64,000 nucleotides of DNA from Styela clava (taxonomy: Eukaryota): assembly GCF_964204865.1 (NCBI RefSeq), contig NC_135256.1:22196001-22260000 (forward strand), in the 5' to 3' direction. Shown in pieces: positions 1-11,173 of this stretch (the stretch's first letter is position 1; each line of letters starts with the position of its first letter). Below the pieces are notes generated by a model that was not told where the DNA came from, did no database searches, and saw only the letters and a program-made list of their open reading frames with translations. Made by a program: the position numbers and the translations under genes.

Positions 1-447
1 TGTTAACAAAGTGCAAATGTTACATGCACCAAACGACATGCCAAGACGAAAAATAATTTGCAGGGAACACGCTGCAGCGAGTTTCTGAGGATGAAGCATT
101 CCTCAATCGAGTCTGTTTCAGTTATGGGGCAACTTTTCATGTCTCAAGAAAGTTAAACAAACAAAATGTAAGAAATTTTGGATCAGAAAAAAACAATTAG
201 AGTAGAGAATAGAGATAGTCCAAAAGTTTGATATCATATGCAATCGAATAATTGTGCTTCGTGCAACTAAAGGTGCCCATATAGAAGTGTATTGAATAGA
301 GTAGGCCTAATGATATTTTTAATTAAACGTTCAGAAGTGTATTAAATGTGTCAATAAAAACTTTATAAAATACCGATTATAATGAAACAACCCTGATTGC
401 GATTTATCATTATGACATTTTTTTAAATTGTAAAGAGACTTTATAGA

Positions 448-1776
448 TAGGGTTTTGTTTTTTATCAATTCTAAAAATAACATCGTGTTTTAAAACGAGG
501 GCTTGTTTTAAATCGATTTTTTTCTGTATTTTTTATTGAAATACCCCTTTCATCGCAGCAAAACTACGCCAAAACGTTGCATTCTGGCAGCTGCACGCGC
601 AGCCGGAATTATAATTTCAAAAATGTAAGTAAAATTTATATTGACATTTACCACTATTGCGTACATTTATCGTCACTTTATCACCATCTTTATCTCCACC
701 AAAGTCATAATATTTCACCCGGAATGTTTAGCCGAGATATCAGAGAGACGTTTTGAGTAAGAAAAATCAGGAAAATTAGCTCACGAGCCTACTACAAAAG
801 CAATTCGATCAAGTGCAGCCAAAGGCGTAGCCAGCCCAAAATTTTGGTGGGGCCAAATATTGTAATTTCAAGCAATGATATTGGATTTGAGATATTTCAA
901 GATCAACTTCTTTAGGCAGAAAAAGACCACATTTGATCAATAAGGAAAATAATGTTCAACAACTTAGCTGGCTTTTTGTAAAAACAAAATTAATTTCCAG
1001 AACAACTTTTTCTTTGATACAACAAATATTTATCTGATCAATCTGAATCAGTAAAAGAAATAAAAAAAACTGCCTTGGGTTAGGAATGGCGGGCAGTTGT
1101 GACGTAACAATGCAATGTAATCAGCGAGCAGGACTGCGACAAAAATGAGGATCTTGGAAATTTGGGAGCGCCCCCCCCCCCCCCTGGTTACGCCTATGAG
1201 TGCAGCCTTTCGGCAAAACGAGTGGGTTGCGATAATGAAGAATATGCTTATATCGGCGGTAATCTACTGATATGAAGGATGAGACACCCTAACCTAGCCT
1301 ATGTTAATTGTAAGAATCCTCTAATTTAATGCAAATCTTTTACTGCACAAATCCATACGTCGTGCAACCTCACCGTTAGATATATATTCATTCTAGTTCT
1401 ATTGACTATTAAGGTTTTGGCTAGGGATTTCTTCAAAACGAATTGTTTTAAAACAATTGGTTTAAATCACATTTCAATTTTCTCAAGATGGTTCCATCGC
1501 TGCAGGGTCGTTCACGTAATGGCTTATCGGTTGCGTCTCACTGCGCCAAGCACTGAACTACAGCTTGAGCAGGTGTGCATGAGCCTCTATCGATGTGTGT
1601 GGCGTTTTGAAGGATTCATTGCAAACAAGAAGCGCTTAGCATGTTTTTACATCCATTTTTCTTCAACCTATTTAATACAAAAAAATCAAATAGTACAGCC
1701 ATTTTGAACAAAACAGGCAAAAAAAACTTGATTTAAAACAATTGTTTTAAAACAATTCTTTTTGAACAAATCCCTA
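448..1776. mobile_element. Non-autonomous hAT-type element
   Basis: Ends tagggttttg.../...caaatcccta; 8-bp TSD tttataga/tttatgga (7/8). A second left-end copy at 1422 forms a ~47-bp inverted repeat with the right end. Confidence 0.7.
820..1198. mobile_element. hAT (Tip100/Ac-like) MITE nested in the 448-1776 element
   Basis: TIRs caaaggcgtagccag / ctggttacgcctatg (13/15); perfect 8-bp TSD agtgcagc at 812-819 and 1199-1206. Confidence 0.85.
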
Positions 1777-3796
1777 TTTATGGACACCCGAATATATATG
1801 TATCACACATAATCCATATACGCAATGATCTTATTTTAAATTCAATTAGATGTAAAGACTTTGGCTTGAAGTTGATCAAGCTGGATCAACCCAAAACGTA
1901 AAAAAACAGAATTTTTGCAAGTGTATATATATAGGCACCCATCGCATAAATTTGATGATTTTCCAGATAAATCTCTGAATTCAATAACCCCCAGTGATGT
2001 TTGTTTGTGACTTCAATATTGATGTGATGAGATATCAAATTGATTATAAAATGTAACCAAATATGTCGGTAGTATCTATTCTTTTGTTTTTATGTGGTAT
2101 GAATAAACCCACACAGGTTACTTATTCAACAGCTACTTTGGTTAGATTTGACCTCGAACGCCTCGCACTTTTTCCCATTTATATTTCCATATTATATCCC
2201 AGGCGAATTATGTTCTCTCTTTATTATATTAATTTCCTGTTGACAGTGACTCATTATTGCGCCATAGTGAAGACTTAGGGAGCGAAACTTTTCCCGGGGT
2301 TTTGAGATGACTCTCATCTGATTCTTTGTTTTATACATACGGCACTGTGGAACTGCGAAAGTGTCGTTTAATACTGAGATTTGCCTTGGATATAGTTTAC
2401 ATTAGGTGTGTGGGCTTCGTGAAATCTGTCATATTAAGTAATAAGTTAGCTTAGTTAGGTCCTATTTAGTATTGGCTATTATAGCTTGTTATTGTGAATG
2501 TTATTTCATCATTCTTCCATTGCCTATTTATATATTTATAATAGTGCATCCGTGTCAATATAAATTAGTTTTATCGTCTGTCTTCAAGTTTCTGTGCTGT
2601 AGCAACATTTTACTCATATGTGGAGATTGTTGATGAATACAGTTCGTTTTCTGAGGATCTCGTTGCCTCTTTACTACTTTGGTTGGGCAGTTACTAGGAC
2701 CTGAGAGATCGCGCATAATTCTTCAAGGCGGGTGCAAATAGGACTCCACTACAACAACGTTGAGTGGATTGGAATTCACGTTCCAACTTTATTAGATCAT
2801 TTTTATTTCAATAACTTAGATTTTTAGTTAGAATATAAAACAAATAATAGTGTTATCAAATAGGACATTTCAGACCCTTTTCCCCTCCTAGAGTCTTGGC
2901 TCATCTTCACCTCAAATGCAAGATATCCCAAATCAGAACACAGAGAGTGATTATAGTATTTTTAATTCTGACAATTTTAGAGATCACTTAAGCTTTGTAG
3001 TTGATAAAGATGACACAATATCCAGCGATATAAACTAAAAATTCAACACAGGTATAAATGCAATCAAATCTTTGGTTGACCAGCATATTCCCTCTATAAC
3101 TAATTCAAATAATAGTATACTGAAGCTAACGTCATGGAATTTCAAGGATCTTTACAAATCGATTAAAACCGAAGATAAAATGTACAGTAAATGTTGCCAA
3201 AGCAGATTTCAATTAATTAAGAGAATGCAAAAAGTATCGGAACAAATATCTTGGACTCTTACAAAAGATTATTACAAAACCGTCTTTCCTAGGTACCAAG
3301 AAGATATTATTTCTAAAATTCGAATTCGTGTTACCAAAGCAAACTACAGTCTCATCTTATAGTAAATACCAATAAATTAATGACAGCAATGCAACCTGTA
3401 GCCTCTCAACCAACATTTCTTGAAAGTCGGTTCTAAACATACTTCACAAAAAGTTCAGCTGCAACAGTCCACATTTAAAGTCTTGGGCAAACACCAAATG
3501 GTCTAATACCATTCCCCTGGAAATATAACAACAAATTGATAAATGTATGCGAAAAAGGTTGTAGGTAGCGATAATATACCTAGGAAAAAAGTTTCAAAAT
3601 TGCCAAACTTGTTTTGTCATCTATTTTGTCTAAAATGTTTTACCAAAGTTTCTATGAAAGTGTGTACCGCTGGATTTTTAAAATAGCAAACGTGGTGCCA
3701 TTGCATAAGCAGGGGTCTAATTAGTATACGCTTATTTCTCTACTGTCAGGTGTTCAAGTCTGTCCCAGTTTGGTGTTAGAAATAATCATTCTACTG

Positions 3797-4088
3797 AACA
3801 AGAGAGCATATGGACACGAAGACCAAAACGATTTGCAGTCAAAAAACTTCCGATTTTAGCGAAAGAGGTCAAAAAATCGCTATAAATAATTTATATAAAG
3901 ATCCAAGAGAACATAATTCAAAGTGAAAAATTAATTTTGCAGATCGCACAGAAACCTCTGGAATAAACAAAAATAATATCTTTTTAGCGAATAGTTAATA
4001 AGATAATTGTCATAGAGCAAAATACGGAAGAAAATACCCAGAACAACAACACAATAACAAAACGATCCTAGGTCGATTTCGTGTCCAA
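3797..4088 (+). mobile_element. DINE-1/Helentron-like non-autonomous element, family A (duplicate at 12599-12913)
   Basis: 5' aacaagagagc..ggacacgaa and 3' aacgatcc..ttcgtgtccaa (subterminal inverted repeat). Related copies at 34684-34963, 37573-39386(-), 50434-51063 and 28210-28360(-). Confidence 0.55.
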
Positions 4089-4591
4089 CTAGCAATGCCT
4101 AGGATTAGGGAAATTTTTTCGGATCTTGCTAAAGCAATCGACACATTTCAATCCTACTTGATGAATTTTTGACAGCCACTGATATCTTGAAAAATCTCTC
4201 TACAGACTTACTTTGCTGCTGAAGTTATCCAAGGCATACAAGCGCGCATGGTTCATTTGGTGAGAGGATTATTGTTAACAAGCCAGCAAAAAAGTCAGTT
4301 TTCAGTAAATCGTTTCAAGAATAGAGTAAAATGGTGTTGGAAAAGGCGCAAGAATTGATGTCTGATTGCAAATGCCGCAAAATACAATAAAAGAATGTTG
4401 ATTGGGGGGAGGGGGGGGGATTGGGGGGGGGGGGCATGTATCCTCAGGAACCCCTCTGCCCTCAAATTAGTTCAGAAGGACAATATTAACAACAAGACAA
4501 TCAAGAACAACAACGTAATAACAAAACACCGTGTCCAATAAGTCATTCGTTCTTTAGTTCAGGGCTTTTGCAATAAAATCTAATTGAGATG

Positions 4592-4713
4592 TATGTATGT
4601 ATGTATGTTTATTTGTCTCGTAAAAGCAATATAAAAGAGTAAGTAATTGTAAATACTGAAGACACAAGACCATATTGGCCTAAAACACAGATGTGCGGCA
4701 TACACCCCTCTCT
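4592..4713 (-). mobile_element. Short insertion with a (CATA)n tail, probably a 5'-truncated retroposon 3' end
   Basis: Present only in unit 1; the empty site in unit 2 reads ttagatgatctgg. Flanked by gatg/gatg; the reverse strand ends aaataaa-catacatacatac. Confidence 0.55.
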
Positions 4714-6146
4714 GATGATCTGGTGAATGAGCGTTTTTGGTGATGAAGTTTTTCAACATTAATGAACATTAGTTTTCTAGATCAGAAACAGTTCAAATGA
4801 CAATTTCTATACGCTGGAATGTGCCTGTAAGCACTTTACAATGGCTAATTGTTGAACTTCTGTTTGCATATTATGTTATTTTATTCTCTTCATGTGCAGG
4901 CTAAAAGAAATCTTAGTAAAATGCGATTTTTTTTTGTTACACATCGTTATGACTTGACAAGATGCATATTGCCCTACACGTCGATTTCCTTGTTGGGGAA
5001 ATACTCTTAAAATAAGTATTGAAAACTTCTTAATAGTGAAAAAAGGGAAAGTGTTTCAGAGATCTCAGAATCGAGGAAACATTCATTGCTTGCGCACATT
5101 TAATTAATTAAAGAGTAAATAAACGCAGTAGTTTCAACTACCAATTACTTTTGAATGACATGGGTTCAATTGCTCATGTATTATTATATATCACTAATTA
5201 ACGATGTTAATCAGGTTTTCTGTTTCATTGGGTTGGGTTTTAAACCAGCGGGTTTATTAAATATATATTTATTGGCAATTTAGTAACTTGTCCCGTAGAA
5301 TATGTCGAAATACACTCAATCGATTGCTCGGTAAAAATTATCGAGTGGTGGGTAAGTAGGACTGATGATTCAATAGTGCGCCATAATTATAGTTATTTAT
5401 TTTTCGGCATAACTAATATTTTTTGTACATTGATCAACTCAATAATCGCCAGTTTGCTAATATTAGAGTAAAGGTAAACTTGTTATTTATCCTAAATGGA
5501 ATCGGTAATAGTCTAAATGATCAGCTAAAAGACTAATAAGTACGGCAAATCTTCCTATTATTACTGATAAACAATAATTATATATTAAAATATACATTTC
5601 TATATTGGTTTGCAAATTAGCATTTATATATGCATCAAATCAATCTTGTTAGTTTATCGATTATCACTTAACTACATTGTTGAAAAATATATAAACTTAA
5701 CTTTCGTTTCAAAATACCAAATACAGTAAAACTTAGTTGTCTTGATGTTTTGCTTGAAGTATTCAACAATAAGTAAGATTACTGATCTTTTTTGCAGTTT
5801 TTCATCAACGTCTACATAAGCATCTACGAAATGCCGTCCGAACAAAATTTTACGATACTCGCAGCGGCGTGCTATTTATTTATTTTATTGTCGAAAGTGA
5901 CGAATAAATTAATTTGACAAGATGCCGCTCATATGGTATGATGTCTCAAGTTTTTTTGAACTTGAGTTTACCATTGTGATAATTAAATAAGCATTCAGAA
6001 TAGTTGTTCATACTGGAATAGGTTGATTTACGATACGATACTCCAAGTTTGTTCACTGCTATTATCCAAACTAAAGTTATTGCATTTTACAGTGAATGGG
6101 CACGTTTAATCCATTTTGTTAACCCCTATATATTGTGGATATTAGA

Positions 6147-9100
6147 ATGGAAAACAGCTCGATGTCATTTATTAATTATTCATCAACTGTTGAAATAACA
6201 ACGTTGGAAAGGTATAGTAGTTATATATTTTACATATACTTATTTCCTTATTATGATACTGACATGAAATTGCTCCATTAGCACAAGACAAACGTCCACT
6301 GTGATTTATTGCCTTGCAAATCAATTTGGATATTGATGATCCTGTTTATTTAGATGTGTCGTTTGAAAAATCCTCTAAATTTCAAAATTTATTCGTCCCG
6401 TTACTTTATAATTTCAAAGACAGCCTTTATTTTTCAGAGATGTATGGAAAATGGGTATTTTCTCTTGGTCAGATGCAGTTATTTGTTCTGTATTCGTTGG
6501 CATCATGACGGTATTTGGACTAGTGGCAAATCTGACGACAATCGTAGTGATTGTAAAAACACCGAAGTTGAAATCGTGAGAAGAAGAATTATACTCTTTA
6601 AAATAGTTTTCGCAACCTATTCATTTAGGTGTGGGGTGAAGTTTGGCGGCTTATGATAGTTTATTAGAAGTAGTCGGTGAATCGCATTATCGATCATGAC
6701 GAGATTCTATGTGCAATATAACTTTCATTACCATGAGGACTTGAATTTGACACTGAACTCGACTACTTCATTTGTCTATCAGCATCTATTTCAAAGTTCA
6801 AACTTACCCTCTTCCCAAAATAAATTAGATATTTTTGTATGCTAGCTTTTGTTTTTCTTAACAAAAACCAACACAGTTAAGAAGACCTCATAGGTACGCC
6901 CAGTGATTTCCCTACACCCCCCCCCCCCCCCCCTATAGGGGGTGAACACCCCCCCTAAAATTTCAAACACCCTCCCTAATTTTGAGGTGCGATTCCACAC
7001 TGAGGGGTTCTAAGCCGCAGTCTGCGGGCCAATTACGGCCCGCGTGACGATTTAAAATAGCCCGCCGAACTTGAGTGAAATAGTTTAATCCTTCATGTGG
7101 TACCTTTTGAGTTTTGGATACCGTCTATTGTTACATCATTATCACAGTTTAAGCACGTTTATTCGTAACAATTGAATTATTCCGGTATCTTATGTATACG
7201 TATGGGTATTAGGATAACACACTGCGGTATTTTAGATATCAGCCGTATATTAAGAAAGCTTGAAGATGTCACAAAACGAAAACTAGGCACTGAAAACAGA
7301 CGTTTTTTAGAAGAATGACAGCGTTTTTATTTCTTTATTGAAAAGAATCAAACTTCAGCGATTTGTCTTCTTACCAACAAAATATTTCAGTTCTGAAGGA
7401 ATACAACATTATGCGACATTATGATCAGTTGACGAGTGTATTTCAAAATTTAATTCATACAAAAGTCAACAAACCTGTTCAAAAAAATTAGAAATGTGTA
7501 ACAAAACAAGCCATAAGTAGCCATTCATACAATGCCAGATGAGCAAGTAACTTAATTCATTAGTCACCATCAGTTGCAAATTAATTGTTGAAACGTAGTA
7601 GTATATATTTACGGTTTAAAGCCGTGCTCGTTATCTATTCCCCGGGAATTCTATCAGCTAAATATTATAATTATTGATTTCATTACATAACAAACTGCGA
7701 TGCTAGGTGTATCTAAAATCAAGCTTAGAGCCTATTTTGGTGCCTATTTCTCAAAATTTTCTCAGAGCGCTTAAGCGCGCCCTGAACCCCAGCCGTGTCG
7801 TCCCGCACTTTTACTCGCTCCCCTTTTTTGGCCCTACAATTTCGTTCTGCTGTGGATTTTGGCTTGCCGTCATTCAACTTGGGGGGCCCCATGTACATCG
7901 TTTCTTAAATACATACCATTTTTTTAAGAATACAAATAGCCTAGTTTTATCTCTAATAGCAAATTATTTACCACCCCCTAAATTTTGAAACACCCCCCCT
8001 AAAAAGAAAAGCTGGGGAACATACTGGGTACGCCCTCGAGGGCCAATATCATTCTCCCCTACAGTCAAGATCTAGACTCTAGGTCTATTATAGATGATGA
8101 ACTGGATATCAGTTTACTGGAATAGGCATTCTTGTTCAGATTTACAATTTCAAATAATCAACCAAAATCTCGCTTCATATTATGTTTACTCCAGATTGCC
8201 ATTCAACGCATTAATAGCCAGCTTGTGCGTCTCTGACATCATCGCATCCTGCAACAGTCCTCTCATGCTTTATTGGAAGACATTTGGATACTACAGATAC
8301 CAGTTGCCAGAATTCTTTTGCAAGGTCTCAATTTAAATTTAATAAAATTTCTCTGGTGCGCGGATCTTTGAAACAGACATAGGTCAAAATTTATCTAAAT
8401 TTTACTTCAAAAAGTACTCCTGAAATGAATAGTTTTTGTGATGTTTTGTATTGATAATTGTTACAAGCCTCGGTCATTCTACCGAAAGGGTCGCAACCCG
8501 TGAAATATTACTCCTATAGGACTATTTTCATAGATATCACGTTTATCTTTGAAGTACCTGTTTTTTTACAATCGAGAATCAATTAATACAATATATCCAT
8601 ATGCGCTAAAATTATCATGGTAATTATGATATGACAATCATTTCAAGTCAATCGGGCATATTGTATAGTACTACTTTCGTTGATTTTTTGCGATCTGGAC
8701 CTAAAGTCACGCGAATTGTGTTATGAGCGAAGTTGTTTTTAGGTTACTTTACCGATAAACAGTTGGACCAATACTTCTACAATTCAACATATTCTGGCCT
8801 TCATGCTGATTCGACTCGGTGCTATCAGTTATCCCCATCGTTTAAAAGATTTCACCCTTCGAAGGGCAAAGGTTAGCTTTCTATAGTTTTGTTGTGTTTT
8901 TATTTTTTATTTTAGTAAATGAGTTAATGAAAGGCTAATAAATAATCTAATAAAAAACTTCCTACTTCAGATTCTGATCACTGTAATATGGATTGTAACC
9001 TTTATCGGAAATAGTTGCTTCCCGATGTGGTTCTTAGGAGTACATGACACGGAAGCAGGGAGTTTCACGCGTTCAGCGTGCGTTACTGATAAGTCTGTGT

Positions 9101-10819
9101 AAGTTACAATTTCCAATACAAATTATCAGTGTAATGTTTAAAAACTACTTTTTGTTGAAATGAGTTTTCGAGAAGTGTATGGATATTAGTTATCAAGTTA
9201 CTAGCTCATCTAATGTGTAAATTATTTTTTGAAGATGGTTCATCGTAAGAAAAGTTTCATACGTGAGACAGATTATCTTCTTGTACATTCCAATGGTTCT
9301 CATCGTCACATCTACGCTTCTTCTCATTAGACTGTTGATAATTCGTCGAAACAAGAAACAACAAGGTAAGAAGAAGCGTAAAAATGGATACTGGGTAATA
9401 TAACAGAGTTGCAACAAAATCATTTTCATATATTTCAGAAAAAAATGATAATTCTGACGTCAGCAAAGAGAATGCTGCATTGATTCAACTATCGTTAATC
9501 GTAACTTCGTTCTTAATTGGATATTTACCGGATTTTGGTATATATTTTTATTCACCATTTATTATTTTTACTCACTGTTCTTCCCCGTGTTGTAACTATA
9601 GGATGGCTTCCAAAAGTAAAAGTTGCCTTTGTTGATATTTGCTATAGAAACAATTTAACAATGTATATGAGATATCATAGGAAAATCAAATATATATTGC
9701 AATCAAATGAACTATCAAATTGCAATTACTAATCAAATACAAGTAAACACAGAAATTCTATTTTGACGTAAATGAGAATTTATTTTTGTCGCCAACAATT
9801 AGGCACATTCAAGATACATTGGTGATCAAAATAAATTGGAGATCAAAATTAAACTGTCACATGTACGCACACCATAGGATCTCAGGTTCAATTATAAAAA
9901 GGCTGAAGACACATATCGAATTGTCCTGAGACATTCGATGTACAAATCGGACCCAAGATTGCGTGTAATCGATGGTATGGTTTCGTGGCTATGCTATCAA
10001 CTCGGTGGTGTGGCGAATTCCTCTCCCTCGCCACAGCACCGCTAATTACCCTGCGTGGGTTTGCAGGTTCGAATATCGTGGGGGATAATCATGTGCGAGA
10101 GGATTGCTGGACTACTTGCCGCCGTATAGTGGTTCACGTCATCGATAGTCGATTACGGCTTCCTCCACCATCAAGTCCATGCATCTGAAAACAAAATAAC
10201 TGTCTAACTGATCCCATACCCGACATGGACTTGTAACTGGACGAGAGGCCGTGGTTCGCCATATGATTAAGTCGTTCTCACGACTATCCTCTCCCCCGGG
10301 ATATAAATGTAAATCCTATCCTTTTACCTATAGTTGTGGCTACTCTTTGGTGGTATCAGATGCGTTACTTTGACTAGCTTGTGTATAATGACAAAGTAGC
10401 ATATCATTTATACATTTCCGCCAGATTGTGTATCTTGCAATGTCTATGACAGCTGATCTACTTTTGCAGGATTCAGAATTTCGGTAATGATCAAATCACT
10501 GGGTATTAAATTTGGCGGAAGAAGTGCTTGGTTACTCAGTATGTTATCTCATCTTGTTCAGAGATCCACAGAATGTCTGAATCCTATATTTTACAACCTA
10601 GGATCTAGGTTAGTTTTTTTCTAGTATATATCACTTATTATTTATTCCATAAAGCATGATGTAATAACTGATTTCTAATATCCCTTGTTTACAATTATAT
10701 TCAGTCAGCTGAGAGAAGCTACCAAACAATTTCTCGGCTTCGAGGAGGTAGTGTACGCTTCTTCGACTAAATCGAGTGAAATGCAAATGAAGAACCAACA
10801 TACCAATGTAAGTGTATAA
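6147..10819 (+). CDS. Rhodopsin-family (class A) orphan GPCR, copy 1, 357 aa; exons 6147-6211, 6438-6575, 8195-8324, 8743-8871, 8971-9098, 9235-9365, 9439-9537, 10470-10608, 10705-10819
   Basis: All introns GT-AG with consistent phases. TM1 GLVAN, TM2 LCVSD, ECL1/TM3 Cys (FCK), TM3 R3.50 (IRL), TM4 W, TM5 FLYIP, TM6 FLIGYLP, TM7 NPIFY; N-terminal N-glycosylation sequons. Confidence 0.9.
6901..8026. mobile_element. Non-autonomous hAT element in GPCR copy 1 intron 2, carrying a Buster/Charlie-type transposase fragment
   Basis: Perfect 8-bp TSD ggtacgcc (6893-6900, 8027-8034); imperfect TIRs cagtgatttccc / gggaacatactg; absent from unit 2. ~7270-7425 reads KRKLGTENRRFLEE*QRFYFFIE...ICLL...SVLKEYNIMRHYD (degenerate BED finger). 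Confidence 0.85.
9970..10322 (+). mobile_element. tRNA-derived SINE (window family) in GPCR copy 1 intron 7; deleted remnant at 17586-17664 in copy 2
   Basis: Aligns by eye with 62344-62703: B-box-like ggttcgaat, core aagtccatgc..gaaaacaaa..gacgagaggccgtggttcgccatatg, tail gtaaatcctatcc. Confidence 0.85.
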
Positions 10820-10914
10820 TCAGATGGAAACAGAAATTTCATGTTGGACAGAGGAAAGACTGAAACTGAGTTGTACACATGTAATTTTGCATTATTATAT
10901 TATACTTATCAGAA

Positions 10915-11173
10915 ACATTGTATATTGTTATATATATTTAATATTTGGTTATTAAGTTTTATTTTTATTTGCATAAATTATGTATTGCTATGATTTGAAT
11001 TGAGATATTGAAGAATGGTAAATTTACAGTTGGTAAGACATTGTATATTGTTATATTTGACTTTTGGTTGAAGTTTTATTGCTATTTGATATTTATTACA
11101 ACACTGCATAAATTATGTATCGTTATGATATAAATTGAGATATTGAAGATTAGTGAAGATTTACAGTTGGTAA
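10915..11173 (+). repeat. Two-copy ~125-bp direct repeat in the GPCR 3' UTR region (also ~18277-18540)
   Basis: acattgtatattgttata...gagatattgaaga...tttacagttggtaa occurs twice in tandem in both duplication units. Confidence 0.8.

Larger units (their letters stand above)
60..1790 (+). mobile_element. Internally deleted mariner-like (DD41D/rosa-type) transposon relic whose right TIR is split by a hAT insertion
   Basis: ~80-190 translates SEDEAFLNRVCFSYGATFHVSRKLNKQNVRNFGSE (cf. FSDEATFH..VN..N.R.WGSE) and ~242-295 gives the C-terminal NRIIVLRATKGAHIEVY*. The TIR-like gagactttat(434-443)/ggacacccg(1782-1790) rejoins when 448-1776 is removed. Confidence 0.65.

Noticed and set aside
2052-2790. 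Possible solo LTR (starts tgtaac, contains aataaa)
   Set aside because: No convincing CA end with a matching TSD and no second copy or internal domain in the window.
3072-3362. ORF with LKLTSWNFKDL, reminiscent of a LINE APE endonuclease start
   Set aside because: Only one short motif; no further endonuclease or RT motifs seen.
5831-5917. 28-codon hydrophobic ORF (MPSEQNFTILAAACYLFILL...) upstream of GPCR copies 1 and 2
   Set aside because: Conservation is explained by the recent duplication; it ends in a stop and cannot be joined to the GPCR frame; at most a uORF.
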